Shown here: positions 19,274-27,206 of the stretch, piece after piece
How the letters are laid out: the number at the start of each line of letters is the position of its first letter
Position numbering within the stretch: position 1 is the first letter of the stretch
NCBI GenBank assembly: GCA_958296385.1
Contig: OY282494.1
Span: 1,709,537 to 1,773,536, forward strand
Length of the DNA: 64,000 nucleotides
From: an uncultured Dehalococcoidia bacterium
GTDB taxonomy: Bacteria; Chloroflexota; Dehalococcoidia; Lucifugimonadales; UBA3495
Direction of reading: 5' to 3'
The notes under the pieces: model-generated
What the model was told of the DNA's origin: nothing
Databases searched by the model: none
What the model saw: the letters and a program-made list of their open reading frames with translations, nothing else
Made by a program: the position numbers and the translations under genes

Positions 19274-19882
19274 ATGCCCTCACCATTGCCGAACGCCAAG
19301 CTATTCTCTTACGTAGTAGCAAGAGATTACGGCTTTGCCCCTAACCCTTTCCATGGCTTTTGCACGCTAGCGACTTGCAAGCCAAAAATACGTAATGCCG
19401 CCGGCCCCGGAGACTGGATCGTAGGCACTGGTTCCAAGAGGAACGGGTTAGACGGTCACATCATCTACGCGATGCGGGTGAGCGAAGTGATGCCCTTCAA
19501 CGATTACTGGCTCGATCCTCGTTTCCACATCAAACGCCCTAATTTGCACGCTAGCCGCAGCAGGGCGTATGGCGATAACATTTATCACCAAGACGATTCA
19601 GGAGCATGGCAGCAAGCAGATTCCCATCATAGCTGCGAGGATGGGAGTCCTAACGCTTCGAATGTACGCCATGACACAAGGGTAAATAGGGTTCTTATTG
19701 CGAAAGAATTCATCTATTGGGGCAGCGCAGCTCCCGAACTCCCACTGTTTGCGGGAATTGACATTCGCAAGAAGGGGCCTGGCCACAAATGCAACTTTCC
19801 CGTCGCGGTCATCCAAGCCTTCGCCGACTGGCTGCACACGCGTGAGCAAAGGGGCTATTGTGGAGATCCTATTGAATGGTGA
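19274..19882 (+). CDS. Nmad2-like (nucleotide-modification-associated domain 2) protein; assignment from memory
   Basis: GAGGAGG RBS. KLFSYVVARDYGFAPNPFHGFCTLATCKPKIRNAAGPGDWIVGTGS...IIYAMRVSE...YGDNIY. Confidence 0.55.
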   Translation: MPSPLPNAKLFSYVVARDYGFAPNPFHGFCTLATCKPKIRNAAGPGDWIVGTGSKRNGLDGHIIYAMRVSEVMPFNDYWLDPRFHIKRPNLHASRSRAYGDNIYHQDDSGAWQQADSHHSCEDGSPNASNVRHDTRVNRVLIAKEFIYWGSAAPELPLFAGIDIRKKGPGHKCNFPVAVIQAFADWLHTREQRGYCGDPIEW

Positions 19883-19978
19883 TCCCTAAGAAGGTGCGGA
19901 CTAGTTCAACTGAATCCGCATCGGCAACAGAATCCCGGCTGCAATGGAACTACCCTGGACTGAGAAACCGTGCCGGTT

Positions 19979-20383
19979 ATGAACTTTGTAGCAAACCCTA
20001 CGGATGAACAGGCCGCAGAGATTGAACGCGGCCTGGACGAGTACAACGCCGCCCGGTCATCCGCCCGCTCCACCACACAAGTGCGGGCTGCCTTTGTAAA
20101 ATCCGGCCAAGTCGTAGCCGGATTAGACGCAGCAGCCTACTGGGGAAAGCTCCACGTAAGGCTGCTGTGGGTACACCCCGAACACCGTTCCAAAGGTCTG
20201 GGCCGCCAACTGCTGGACTGGGCCGAGAAACGGGGCAAACAACTGCACTGCACATCGGTAATAGTAGATACAATGTCCTTCCAATCGCCCGGCTTTTACG
20301 CCCGGCTGGGCTACCGGCAATTCGGCCTGTCCGAAGGCTACGCCGGCGGCGCCAGCCGACACTATTTTGAGAAGGACTTGTAG
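19979..20383 (+). CDS. GNAT-family N-acetyltransferase
   Basis: LLWVHPEHRSKGLGRQLLDWAEKRGKQ (acetyl-CoA-binding Q/RxxGxG/A motif) ...FYARLGY. GTG 19970 is an alternative start. Confidence 0.8.
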   Translation: MNFVANPTDEQAAEIERGLDEYNAARSSARSTTQVRAAFVKSGQVVAGLDAAAYWGKLHVRLLWVHPEHRSKGLGRQLLDWAEKRGKQLHCTSVIVDTMSFQSPGFYARLGYRQFGLSEGYAGGASRHYFEKDL

Positions 20384-20484
20384 GCTACGGTTTGTTGATA
20401 TTCGGGCCTGCGTTGGAACTAAGGCGAAACGATAACAACATGCTTTATACAATCATTCAGGCGATTGCGTAGTACATGTTCCAC

Positions 20485-21066
20485 TTATATTCCATAGCCA
20501 ACAAAACGGTGTATGGGAAGATGTGAGCAATTCAAGAGCCATTGTGTAGCACGAGTGAGGGTATCCGTGTTCGCGGAGACCCATATAAAGACAGCATGGG
20601 ATACGTAAGCGACACCGTATATGCGTCGTTCGCGGAGTCGTTCCAACTTATTCCATGCGAGAACTCTGCGTTCTTTATCGCCGGTGCGGGAATAGCTTTG
20701 ATCGAAGACCAATGTTAGTTTATCTTGGCGAAGGGGAGCTTGGGCTATTTGGGCAAGCTCACCGATTCTTATATGCTTGTCCCAACCACCATTGGGGCGC
20801 TTTGTGCTTGCCCACAATCCGGTATCTGGATCGAGGAGAAGGTGCTGCGGGCAATGCTCGCCAACTGCGATGACCGAATCTCTGTCGGCTATATTCCCCT
20901 CTGCGACAGCAATTCCTAAGAACGCAGCGTGTATTGCAACGAAATCCGGCTCTGGTTCCTCATCGAAGTACATCGGATGAGTAGCCCACTCTTCGGCGGG
21001 CGCTAACCAGTGGATTAAGTCCCTTTTGACGAAGTCATAGGAATCCCCAAACAGCTCCGGACGCAT
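20485..21066 (-). CDS. Hypothetical protein (LFGDSYDFVKRDL... / LLLDPDTGL motifs)
   Basis: 193-aa clean ORF in the lower-GC patch. I do not recognise the family confidently. Confidence 0.55.
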   Translation of the reverse strand: MRPELFGDSYDFVKRDLIHWLAPAEEWATHPMYFDEEPEPDFVAIHAAFLGIAVAEGNIADRDSVIAVGEHCPQHLLLDPDTGLWASTKRPNGGWDKHIRIGELAQIAQAPLRQDKLTLVFDQSYSRTGDKERRVLAWNKLERLRERRIYGVAYVSHAVFIWVSANTDTLTRATQWLLNCSHLPIHRFVGYGI

Positions 21067-21266
21067 GACCCTCTCCTTGTTTCGTGGGAATCGATTCCCA
21101 ATCTAGCAATCCCTGACAGCCTGCCGGGACGCATCGTATGAGGCCATGAGAGTACTAGTGCAATACCCACGGATGCAAGCGGTTGTCGTCCGCTTGACCC
21201 CCGGTTTTCCTGCTACAATCGGGGGTGTTATCCTGCGTGCTTTGCCACGCGCTGCGGAGGTTCCTC

Positions 21267-22319
21267 ATGCCTGTTTTTACCCCCGAATATCTGCACAAAG
21301 CCGCATCTCACATCTACCAGGCCAAAGGCACGCCGGCCGATGAGGCCGAAATTGTGGCTGCCCATCAGGTCAAGGCCAACCTGGTGGGGCATGATTCCCA
21401 CGGCGTCATCCACATCCCCGAGTATTGCGAGCGCATCGACCGGGGCCATATCGTTCCCGGCGCACCCTTTGACGTCCTCAGCGAAACTCCCACCACCGCC
21501 GTTGTTGATGGCAATTGGGGCTTCGGTTTCGTCGTCACCGAGCGCGCCACCCGCATGGCCATCGCCAAAGCCAAAGAGAACGGCGTAGCCGCTTTCACCA
21601 TCCGCCGTCAGAGCCACATTGGGCGGCTGGGCGATTACCCCACCATGTGCGCGCAGGATGGCATGATTGCTCTGCTCACCGCCGACTCCGGCGCTGGCCC
21701 CAAGGCCGTTGCGCCTTTTGGCGGGCGCGCCCGTCGTCTTGGCACCAACCCCATCTGCATCGGCGTCCCCAGCAACCTGCCCGGCCCGGTGCTGCTGGAT
21801 ATGGCCACCTCGGCCGTCGCCGCCGGCAAAATCGCCCTGGCCCGCAATCGCGGCGAGCAGGTGCCCACCGGCTGGATTGTCAACAAGGATGGCGACCCCA
21901 CCAACGACCCCAACGACTACGCCGCCGGCGGCGCCATTCTGCCCGTAGGCGCCGACCAGGGACACAAAGGCTTTGGTCTGTCGTTTATGGTGGAGATGTT
22001 CTCCGGCCTGCTCACCGGCCTCGGCTTCGGCATCGACCCCCAGGCCCGGCACAACGACGGCTGCTTCCTCGCCGTGTTTGACGTCGCCAAGTTCCGCCCT
22101 CTGGATGACTTCAAGCAGGAGATGACCGAGTTCGCCGAGTTCGTCAAGACTTCGCCGCCGGCCGCCGGTTTCAGCGAAGTCTTTTACCCCGGCGAGATTG
22201 AATACCGCACCGAGCAGCAGCGCCGCGCCGACGGCATATTCATCGAGGATGAAACCTGGCGCCAAATCTCCGACCTGATGGCCGCAGTAGGCGTCGCCGA
22301 GGCCGTCGGCCAGCCGTGA
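21267..22319 (+). CDS. Ldh_2 family (malate/L-lactate/sulfolactate-type) NAD(P)H oxidoreductase
   Basis: GHDSHGVIHIPEY, GNWGFG, RRQSHIGRLG and GGHKGFGLS motifs. GGAGG RBS lies before ATG 21267. Confidence 0.85.
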   Translation: MPVFTPEYLHKAASHIYQAKGTPADEAEIVAAHQVKANLVGHDSHGVIHIPEYCERIDRGHIVPGAPFDVLSETPTTAVVDGNWGFGFVVTERATRMAIAKAKENGVAAFTIRRQSHIGRLGDYPTMCAQDGMIALLTADSGAGPKAVAPFGGRARRLGTNPICIGVPSNLPGPVLLDMATSAVAAGKIALARNRGEQVPTGWIVNKDGDPTNDPNDYAAGGAILPVGADQGHKGFGLSFMVEMFSGLLTGLGFGIDPQARHNDGCFLAVFDVAKFRPLDDFKQEMTEFAEFVKTSPPAAGFSEVFYPGEIEYRTEQQRRADGIFIEDETWRQISDLMAAVGVAEAVGQP

Positions 22320-22333
22320 TAGAGTAACGCGCC

Positions 22334-23179
22334 ATGACCCTCTCGGACATCGGCCTGCCCTCCGACGTGCTCATCTGGCACGCCGCCTTGCTGACGGTAA
22401 TCTCCTTTCTAGTCGGCATCCTGGGCGGATTCGTGGGCCTGGCCCTGGGCACCATGCGCCTGCCGGCGATGCTGCTGCTGGGGATGCCCGCCCCCGTCGC
22501 CGGCGGCACCAACATCATGGTCAGCAGCCTGGCGTCGCTGGCCGGCACCATCCGGCACCTCCGCGCCGGGCGGGTGAACCTGCGCATCGTGCTGACCATG
22601 GGCGTGCCGGCCTTCGTCGGCGCGTTCATCGGCGGCCTGCTCAGCGACCGCACCCCGGAGAACCTGCTGATTGCGCTGGCCGGCGTGCTGGTGTTCTGGC
22701 AGGGCGTCGAGTTCCTGATTATCGCCCGCAACCGGATGCGTTCCGGCGATTCGTCCGGCGCACTGTTCGGCGCCGGCCTGGAGGGTTCCCCCGGCCTGTT
22801 CACCCCCAGGCGGGTAGCCTCCGAGGGCGTCATCGGATTCGCCGTCGGGATGCTCGGCGGCGCAGTAGGACTAATCCTCGGCAGCATCCGCCTGCCGGCC
22901 CTGGTGCGCATCCTGCGCGTTGACCCGCGCATCGCCGCCGGCACCAACCTGTTCATCGGTTTCGTGATGGGCGCCGCCGGCTGGGTCGGCCACCTCCTCC
23001 ACGGCCAGGTGGACTGGACGCTGCTGGCGCTGATGGGCGCCACCGCAATGGCCGGCAGCTACCTGGGCGCCAACCTAACCGGCAAAGTCAACCTCAACAT
23101 CCTAATCCTGGCAATGGGCATCACCCTCCTCGCCGTAGGCGCCCTCCTCACCGGCCGCAGCCTAGCCGTCCTGCTGTAA
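22334..23179 (+). CDS. TauE/SafE (TSUP) family anion exporter
   Basis: 8-TM protein with an internal duplication and GGxxG-rich helices (GILGGFVGLALG / GMLGGAVGLILG). Confidence 0.8.
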   Translation: MTLSDIGLPSDVLIWHAALLTVISFLVGILGGFVGLALGTMRLPAMLLLGMPAPVAGGTNIMVSSLASLAGTIRHLRAGRVNLRIVLTMGVPAFVGAFIGGLLSDRTPENLLIALAGVLVFWQGVEFLIIARNRMRSGDSSGALFGAGLEGSPGLFTPRRVASEGVIGFAVGMLGGAVGLILGSIRLPALVRILRVDPRIAAGTNLFIGFVMGAAGWVGHLLHGQVDWTLLALMGATAMAGSYLGANLTGKVNLNILILAMGITLLAVGALLTGRSLAVLL

Positions 23180-23326
23180 GTCGCCGCTGGGAAACCTCCG
23201 GAGTATTAATTAAAGGCGGCGGCGTCATCCTCAGATAAGTCGCGATTGCTCTGAACCGGGGGCGATGTGTCGTGACAATGGGGGGGTTTGGTGCTATGCT
23301 GTGGCGCGGGAGCGGGTGTTCAGATT

Positions 23327-23767
23327 ATGAAGATTGCGGTTGGTTCGGACCACGCGGGGTTTGAGTATAAGGCCAAGATGCTGGCTTTGCTGGCGTATCT
23401 GGGGCACGATGCGGTTGACTTTGGGGCTTACTCGGATGAGCCTACGGATTATCCGGGGTGGATTCGTCCGGTGGCCGAGGCGGTGGCCCGTGGCGAAGTT
23501 GACCGGGGCGTTATTCTGGGCGGCTCCGGGAATGGCGAGGCAATCGTGGCCAACCGGGTCGCCGGCGTGCGCTGTACGCTGTGCTGGAGTGCGGAATCCG
23601 CCCGGTACGCGCGGGAGCATAACGACTCCAACGTGCTGTCGCTGGGGCAGCGGCTGGTGTCCTGGGAAACGGCTTGCGAGGTTCTGGACGTTTGGCTCAC
23701 CACCGAGTTTGAGGGCGGGCGGCACCGGCGCCGCATCAATCAGATCGACGGCCACGGCGACAGCTAG
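23327..23767 (+). CDS. rpiB: Ribose-5-phosphate isomerase B (RpiB/LacA/LacB family)
   Basis: MKIAVGSDHAGFEYK...GVILGGSGNGEAIVANRVAGVRC...AREHNDSNVLSLG. Confidence 0.85.
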   Translation: MKIAVGSDHAGFEYKAKMLALLAYLGHDAVDFGAYSDEPTDYPGWIRPVAEAVARGEVDRGVILGGSGNGEAIVANRVAGVRCTLCWSAESARYAREHNDSNVLSLGQRLVSWETACEVLDVWLTTEFEGGRHRRRINQIDGHGDS

Positions 23768-23804
23768 GGGCGCATACTCTGGGGCTACGCTGCTGCTGCG
23801 CTTT

Positions 23805-23833
23805 CGAGATTCTTCGCTGCGCTCAGAATGACA
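23805..23833. repeat. Half copy (right arm) of the GTCATTCTGAGCG REP-like element
   Basis: CGAGATTCTTCGCTGCGCTCAGAATGACA. Confidence 0.5.
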
Positions 23834-23847
23834 TTAGGGATGAGGCG

Positions 23848-24492
23848 CTAGGGGTTCAGGGCGGGGGTTACGCCTATCATGCTGTCGCGGGTTACCAGTT
23901 GGGCCAGTTCGTCCTCGCTGAGGCCATCGGTTTCGGGGGGGCGTTGGGGTAGGACCAGGTAGCGCAGGTCGGCGGTGCTGTCGAGGACGCGCACTTCGGC
24001 ATCGGTCGGGGGCGCGGCGCCGAATTCGGCCATAACGGCCCGGGGGGTGCGGACGGCGCGGGCGCGGTAGGCCAGGCTTTTGTACCAGTCGGGCGGGCGT
24101 CCCAGCAGCATTCGCGGATAGCACGAGCACAGGGTGCAGACGACCAGATGGCGCAAGCCGGCGGTGTTCTCCACCACTGCCAGATGCGGGGTTTCCTCCG
24201 GCAGCTCGAATCCCATTTCGGCCAGTGCGGAACTTGGGTTATCCAGCAGCCGCGTCTTGAAATCGGGGTCAACCCAGGCGCGGGCGACGACGCGGGCGCC
24301 GTCGGCCGGCGTGCGGGCGTCCATCAGGTCAACCTGGCGGGAGACGGCGGCGGCGCTGATGATGCCTTTGTCCACCAAAAGGGCCTCAATCGCCACCGAG
24401 CGGAGGGCTACTTCGCTCAGCGGCTGGTCGGCGGGAGCGGCGCCGGCGTGGTTATGTTCACTCTCGGCAGTGTGCTGCGTCGTCATAGTCAA
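23848..24492 (-). CDS. nthA: Nitrile hydratase alpha subunit, cobalt type
   Basis: The metal claw VVCTLCSCYP (Thr and Tyr indicate Co-type) is followed by ...DSTADLRYLVLPQRP. Confidence 0.9.
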   Translation of the reverse strand: MTMTTQHTAESEHNHAGAAPADQPLSEVALRSVAIEALLVDKGIISAAAVSRQVDLMDARTPADGARVVARAWVDPDFKTRLLDNPSSALAEMGFELPEETPHLAVVENTAGLRHLVVCTLCSCYPRMLLGRPPDWYKSLAYRARAVRTPRAVMAEFGAAPPTDAEVRVLDSTADLRYLVLPQRPPETDGLSEDELAQLVTRDSMIGVTPALNP

Positions 24493-24509
24493 TCCTTGTC
24501 GGAGGGTGG

Positions 24510-24812
24510 TCAGGCCGGTTCCAGCCAGTGCTGGTACACGTCAACTTGCAGGGTGTCGGCGGGGCTGCCGGCGTAGTCGGGCCAGAGTTCGGTCTGGCGC
24601 AGCTCGATGCGGTAGAGGGGCTGATGCGGCTGGCCGTTGCCGCCGTGGGCCAGCGATTCGGGGTTGGGATAGACGCCGCACAGGGCTGCGACGATGCCGG
24701 TGCGCCCCTGGATGTAGGCCGGCGTGCGGAAGTGATGCGCCGGCGCGCCGGTGCGGACGCGGACGGTTGCGCCGTCGGAGTAGCGGATTGGTTCGGCGTT
24801 GGGGGCGGTCAT
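24510..24812 (-). CDS. Nitrile hydratase beta subunit, C-terminal half as a separate polypeptide
   Basis: 100 aa: GATVRVRTGAPAHHFRTPAYIQGRTGIV...PLYRIELRQTELW (SH3-like beta C-domain). Its ATG overlaps the upstream stop (TGATG). Confidence 0.8.
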   Translation of the reverse strand: MTAPNAEPIRYSDGATVRVRTGAPAHHFRTPAYIQGRTGIVAALCGVYPNPESLAHGGNGQPHQPLYRIELRQTELWPDYAGSPADTLQVDVYQHWLEPA

Positions 24813-25114
24813 CAGAGGCCACGCTCCCGCAGTTCTGCCGCTTTGCCGTCAATCTCATCCGCCGTGAGGATGCCCTTTTCAATCAGCAGGATTTCCAGGG
24901 CGGCGGTCCATTTTTCGTAGTAGGACAGGGTTTCGTAGCGTTCGGGGGGCAGGCTTTCGATGGCGCGGCGCATTTCGTCGGTGGTGCGGACGCCCTGCGC
25001 GCCCAACGCCTGATGCACAGCGTCAACGCGGCGTTCCCAGTCGCTGTACTGGTGTTCGCTGCGGTCAATGGGCGTATCGTCGGGCCAGCCGCCCCGGTCG
25101 TGTACTGCGGGCAT
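24812..25114 (-). CDS. Nitrile hydratase beta subunit, N-terminal half as a separate polypeptide
   Basis: MPAVHDRGGW...WERRVDAV...DEMRRAIESLPPERYETLSYYEKWTAALEILLIEKG. GGGAGA RBS lies before ATG 25114. Confidence 0.8.
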   Translation of the reverse strand: MPAVHDRGGWPDDTPIDRSEHQYSDWERRVDAVHQALGAQGVRTTDEMRRAIESLPPERYETLSYYEKWTAALEILLIEKGILTADEIDGKAAELRERGL

Positions 25115-25115
25115 C

Positions 25116-26249
25116 TTAAATCTCCCAATCGTCGTTGTATCCGTCATTATACAGGTATCCTGATGGTTGAAGCGGGGCTTTGATGTCATAGTCGTGAGAT
25201 TCATAAAATGATACCCGCGCACCAGCCGGGGTTTGATTTAAGACATGCATCACAACACGCCGTACTGCATCGCGAAACAACGCCTCATATTCGTCTTTAG
25301 GCGGTCGGTTATAAGATTCCCAAATCATCGGTTGCTGACATTCCCAAATTGGGATGACATCGGTGCTGCTGAGCTGGGCGAAAAGCACACCGCCGGGAAC
25401 CCGGTAATAGAAAAGCCACGGCTTTTTGCGGCTTTGGGCAAACCCGCGCTCAGTAAGTATCCGGGCATTGCGCCGGACGGTGAGTTTAACCTTTCCCCAC
25501 ATACTATGTCCCTGTGAATCTACATTCCAGTCCCGGGGAGGAGTACCGGGCGGTTTGGGATGGCGCATGGGCTTAAGAATATCCCACGCCTCAGTCTTTA
25601 TACGACGGTCAAGACAGCCGTCCGGGCCGGTGTGTTGTCGGCAGTAAGGGCAGTAGATGCAGCCCTGGCTTTCTCGTTGGTGGCAGTCTGGGCAGATTGG
25701 GTCGGGGCAGGGTGTGCCGTGCCAATTGCTGAACGCGACGGTTCCATCGTATAAGCTGTGCAAGTCGCCCGGTTCTTTTACGGGCAGGATGGCAACGGGC
25801 GCGCCGGCGGTATCCGGGGGGTAGTCCGGCTGGTGTTTCACCACAACTTCAATGTAGCCGGCGGTTGCTCCGCTGCTATTGATGGTGATGTCGGGCTTGA
25901 TGTTCAGGCCGGGGATGACGCGTTCCAGCGCGGCGGTGTGTCCGGTGGCATAGGTGGCGCGGTGGGTTTGCGGGCAGTGGCACGGCCAGCTGACGGGGAT
26001 GCCGGCGCCGGCGTTGATGCGCTCGGCGAGCATCTGCTTGGCGGCAGCGTGGAGCCAGCTTTCCGGGGTGCAGTCGGGGTTATCCCGGTGGTGTGCGAAG
26101 TGATGCTCGTTCACGTCCCCTTTTTTGGCAACCAGGGGCTGCTCGCAGTACGGGCAGATGCAAGCGCAGGCCAGTCCTCTGGGAACGGCACTGACGTGAA
26201 CGGTGCGGCCGCCGGCGGCGGCGCGGGCGTAGGGCAGGATGGCGGGCAT
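25116..26249 (-). CDS. CoiA-like zinc-finger + PD-(D/E)xK-type nuclease-fold protein with an extra C-terminal domain
   Basis: CPYCEQPLVAKKGDVNEHHFAHHRDNPDC (CoiA N-terminal pattern), ...IKPDITI...GYIEVVVKH, and a second Cys cluster CPDPICPDCH...CIYCPYC. The C-terminal third is lower in GC. Confidence 0.55.
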   Translation of the reverse strand: MPAILPYARAAAGGRTVHVSAVPRGLACACICPYCEQPLVAKKGDVNEHHFAHHRDNPDCTPESWLHAAAKQMLAERINAGAGIPVSWPCHCPQTHRATYATGHTAALERVIPGLNIKPDITINSSGATAGYIEVVVKHQPDYPPDTAGAPVAILPVKEPGDLHSLYDGTVAFSNWHGTPCPDPICPDCHQRESQGCIYCPYCRQHTGPDGCLDRRIKTEAWDILKPMRHPKPPGTPPRDWNVDSQGHSMWGKVKLTVRRNARILTERGFAQSRKKPWLFYYRVPGGVLFAQLSSTDVIPIWECQQPMIWESYNRPPKDEYEALFRDAVRRVVMHVLNQTPAGARVSFYESHDYDIKAPLQPSGYLYNDGYNDDWEI

Positions 26250-26277
26250 GGCGATTCTCTACCAAAGCCGGCAATCG

Positions 26278-27099
26278 TCAGGGATGCTCCTGGCGCCACA
26301 TTTCGGCGACGTCTGTGGCGCGCATAAAGCTGACGTTGGGGTGGGTTTTGATGTGTTGGATTAGGCGTTCCAGCATTAGCAGGCGGCCGGGGCGGCCGAT
26401 GTATTGGGGGTGCATGGTCAGGTTGAAGCAGCGCCCGTAGCGGTAGATGCCCCGGAACTCGGCGGCCCAGCTGTCAAATACTTCGTCGGGGTTGCGCATG
26501 GGGCCCAGGCGGTTGGCCGAGGGCGCATAGACGAAGTGGGGCGCGTCGTCCAGCAGCCAGTGGATGGGCAGCTCCACCAGCGGGCGGGGCGGGTCGCCGC
26601 CGCTCACGTAGTAGGGCGCGTCGTCGCCCATCAGGCTGCTGTCGTAGCGGAAGCCGTGCTTGGCCAGCAGGTCGAGGGACACCGGGCTGAGTTCCCAACT
26701 GGGCGAGCGGTAGCCCACGGGCGCGGCGCCGGTAAGGTCGCCCAGGATGCCGCTGCCCTTGATGATGACGGCCTCCTCCTCGGCGGGCGTCATGGTGGCC
26801 GGCGGCTCGTGGAGGTAGCCGTGATGGGCGACTTCGTGGCCGCGCCGGGCGATGTCGCGCACCAGGTCGGGGTGAGTTTCGGCCACCTGGCCGGGGATGT
26901 AAAAGCTGGCCGGGATGCCCTGGGCGTCCAGCAGGTCCAGGATGCGGGGCGTGGCCACGCTGGGGCCGTACTCGGCCATCGAGAGCAGGCTGGGATAGTT
27001 GGCAAAATCAGCATTGCGCCGCAGCCAGGACGACACGCCATCCACGTCAAAAGTGATGATGGCAACGCAGTGAACGTCGTTGGGCCAGATGCCGGACAT
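26278..27099 (-). CDS. Polysaccharide deacetylase (CE4/NodB-like) family protein
   Basis: ITFDVDG...GHEVAHHGYLHE...YRSPSWE. GAAGGAG RBS lies before ATG 27099. Confidence 0.8.
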   Translation of the reverse strand: MSGIWPNDVHCVAIITFDVDGVSSWLRRNADFANYPSLLSMAEYGPSVATPRILDLLDAQGIPASFYIPGQVAETHPDLVRDIARRGHEVAHHGYLHEPPATMTPAEEEAVIIKGSGILGDLTGAAPVGYRSPSWELSPVSLDLLAKHGFRYDSSLMGDDAPYYVSGGDPPRPLVELPIHWLLDDAPHFVYAPSANRLGPMRNPDEVFDSWAAEFRGIYRYGRCFNLTMHPQYIGRPGRLLMLERLIQHIKTHPNVSFMRATDVAEMWRQEHP

Positions 27100-27206
27100 T
27101 TTAATCACTCCTTCAGTCATGCTCAGGGTCCGTGGCTGATTGGTTATTCTCAATGGCCTCATAGGTGCGGCAGATTAATTCTGCCCGCGTCGTCGTTACC
27201 GGCACG

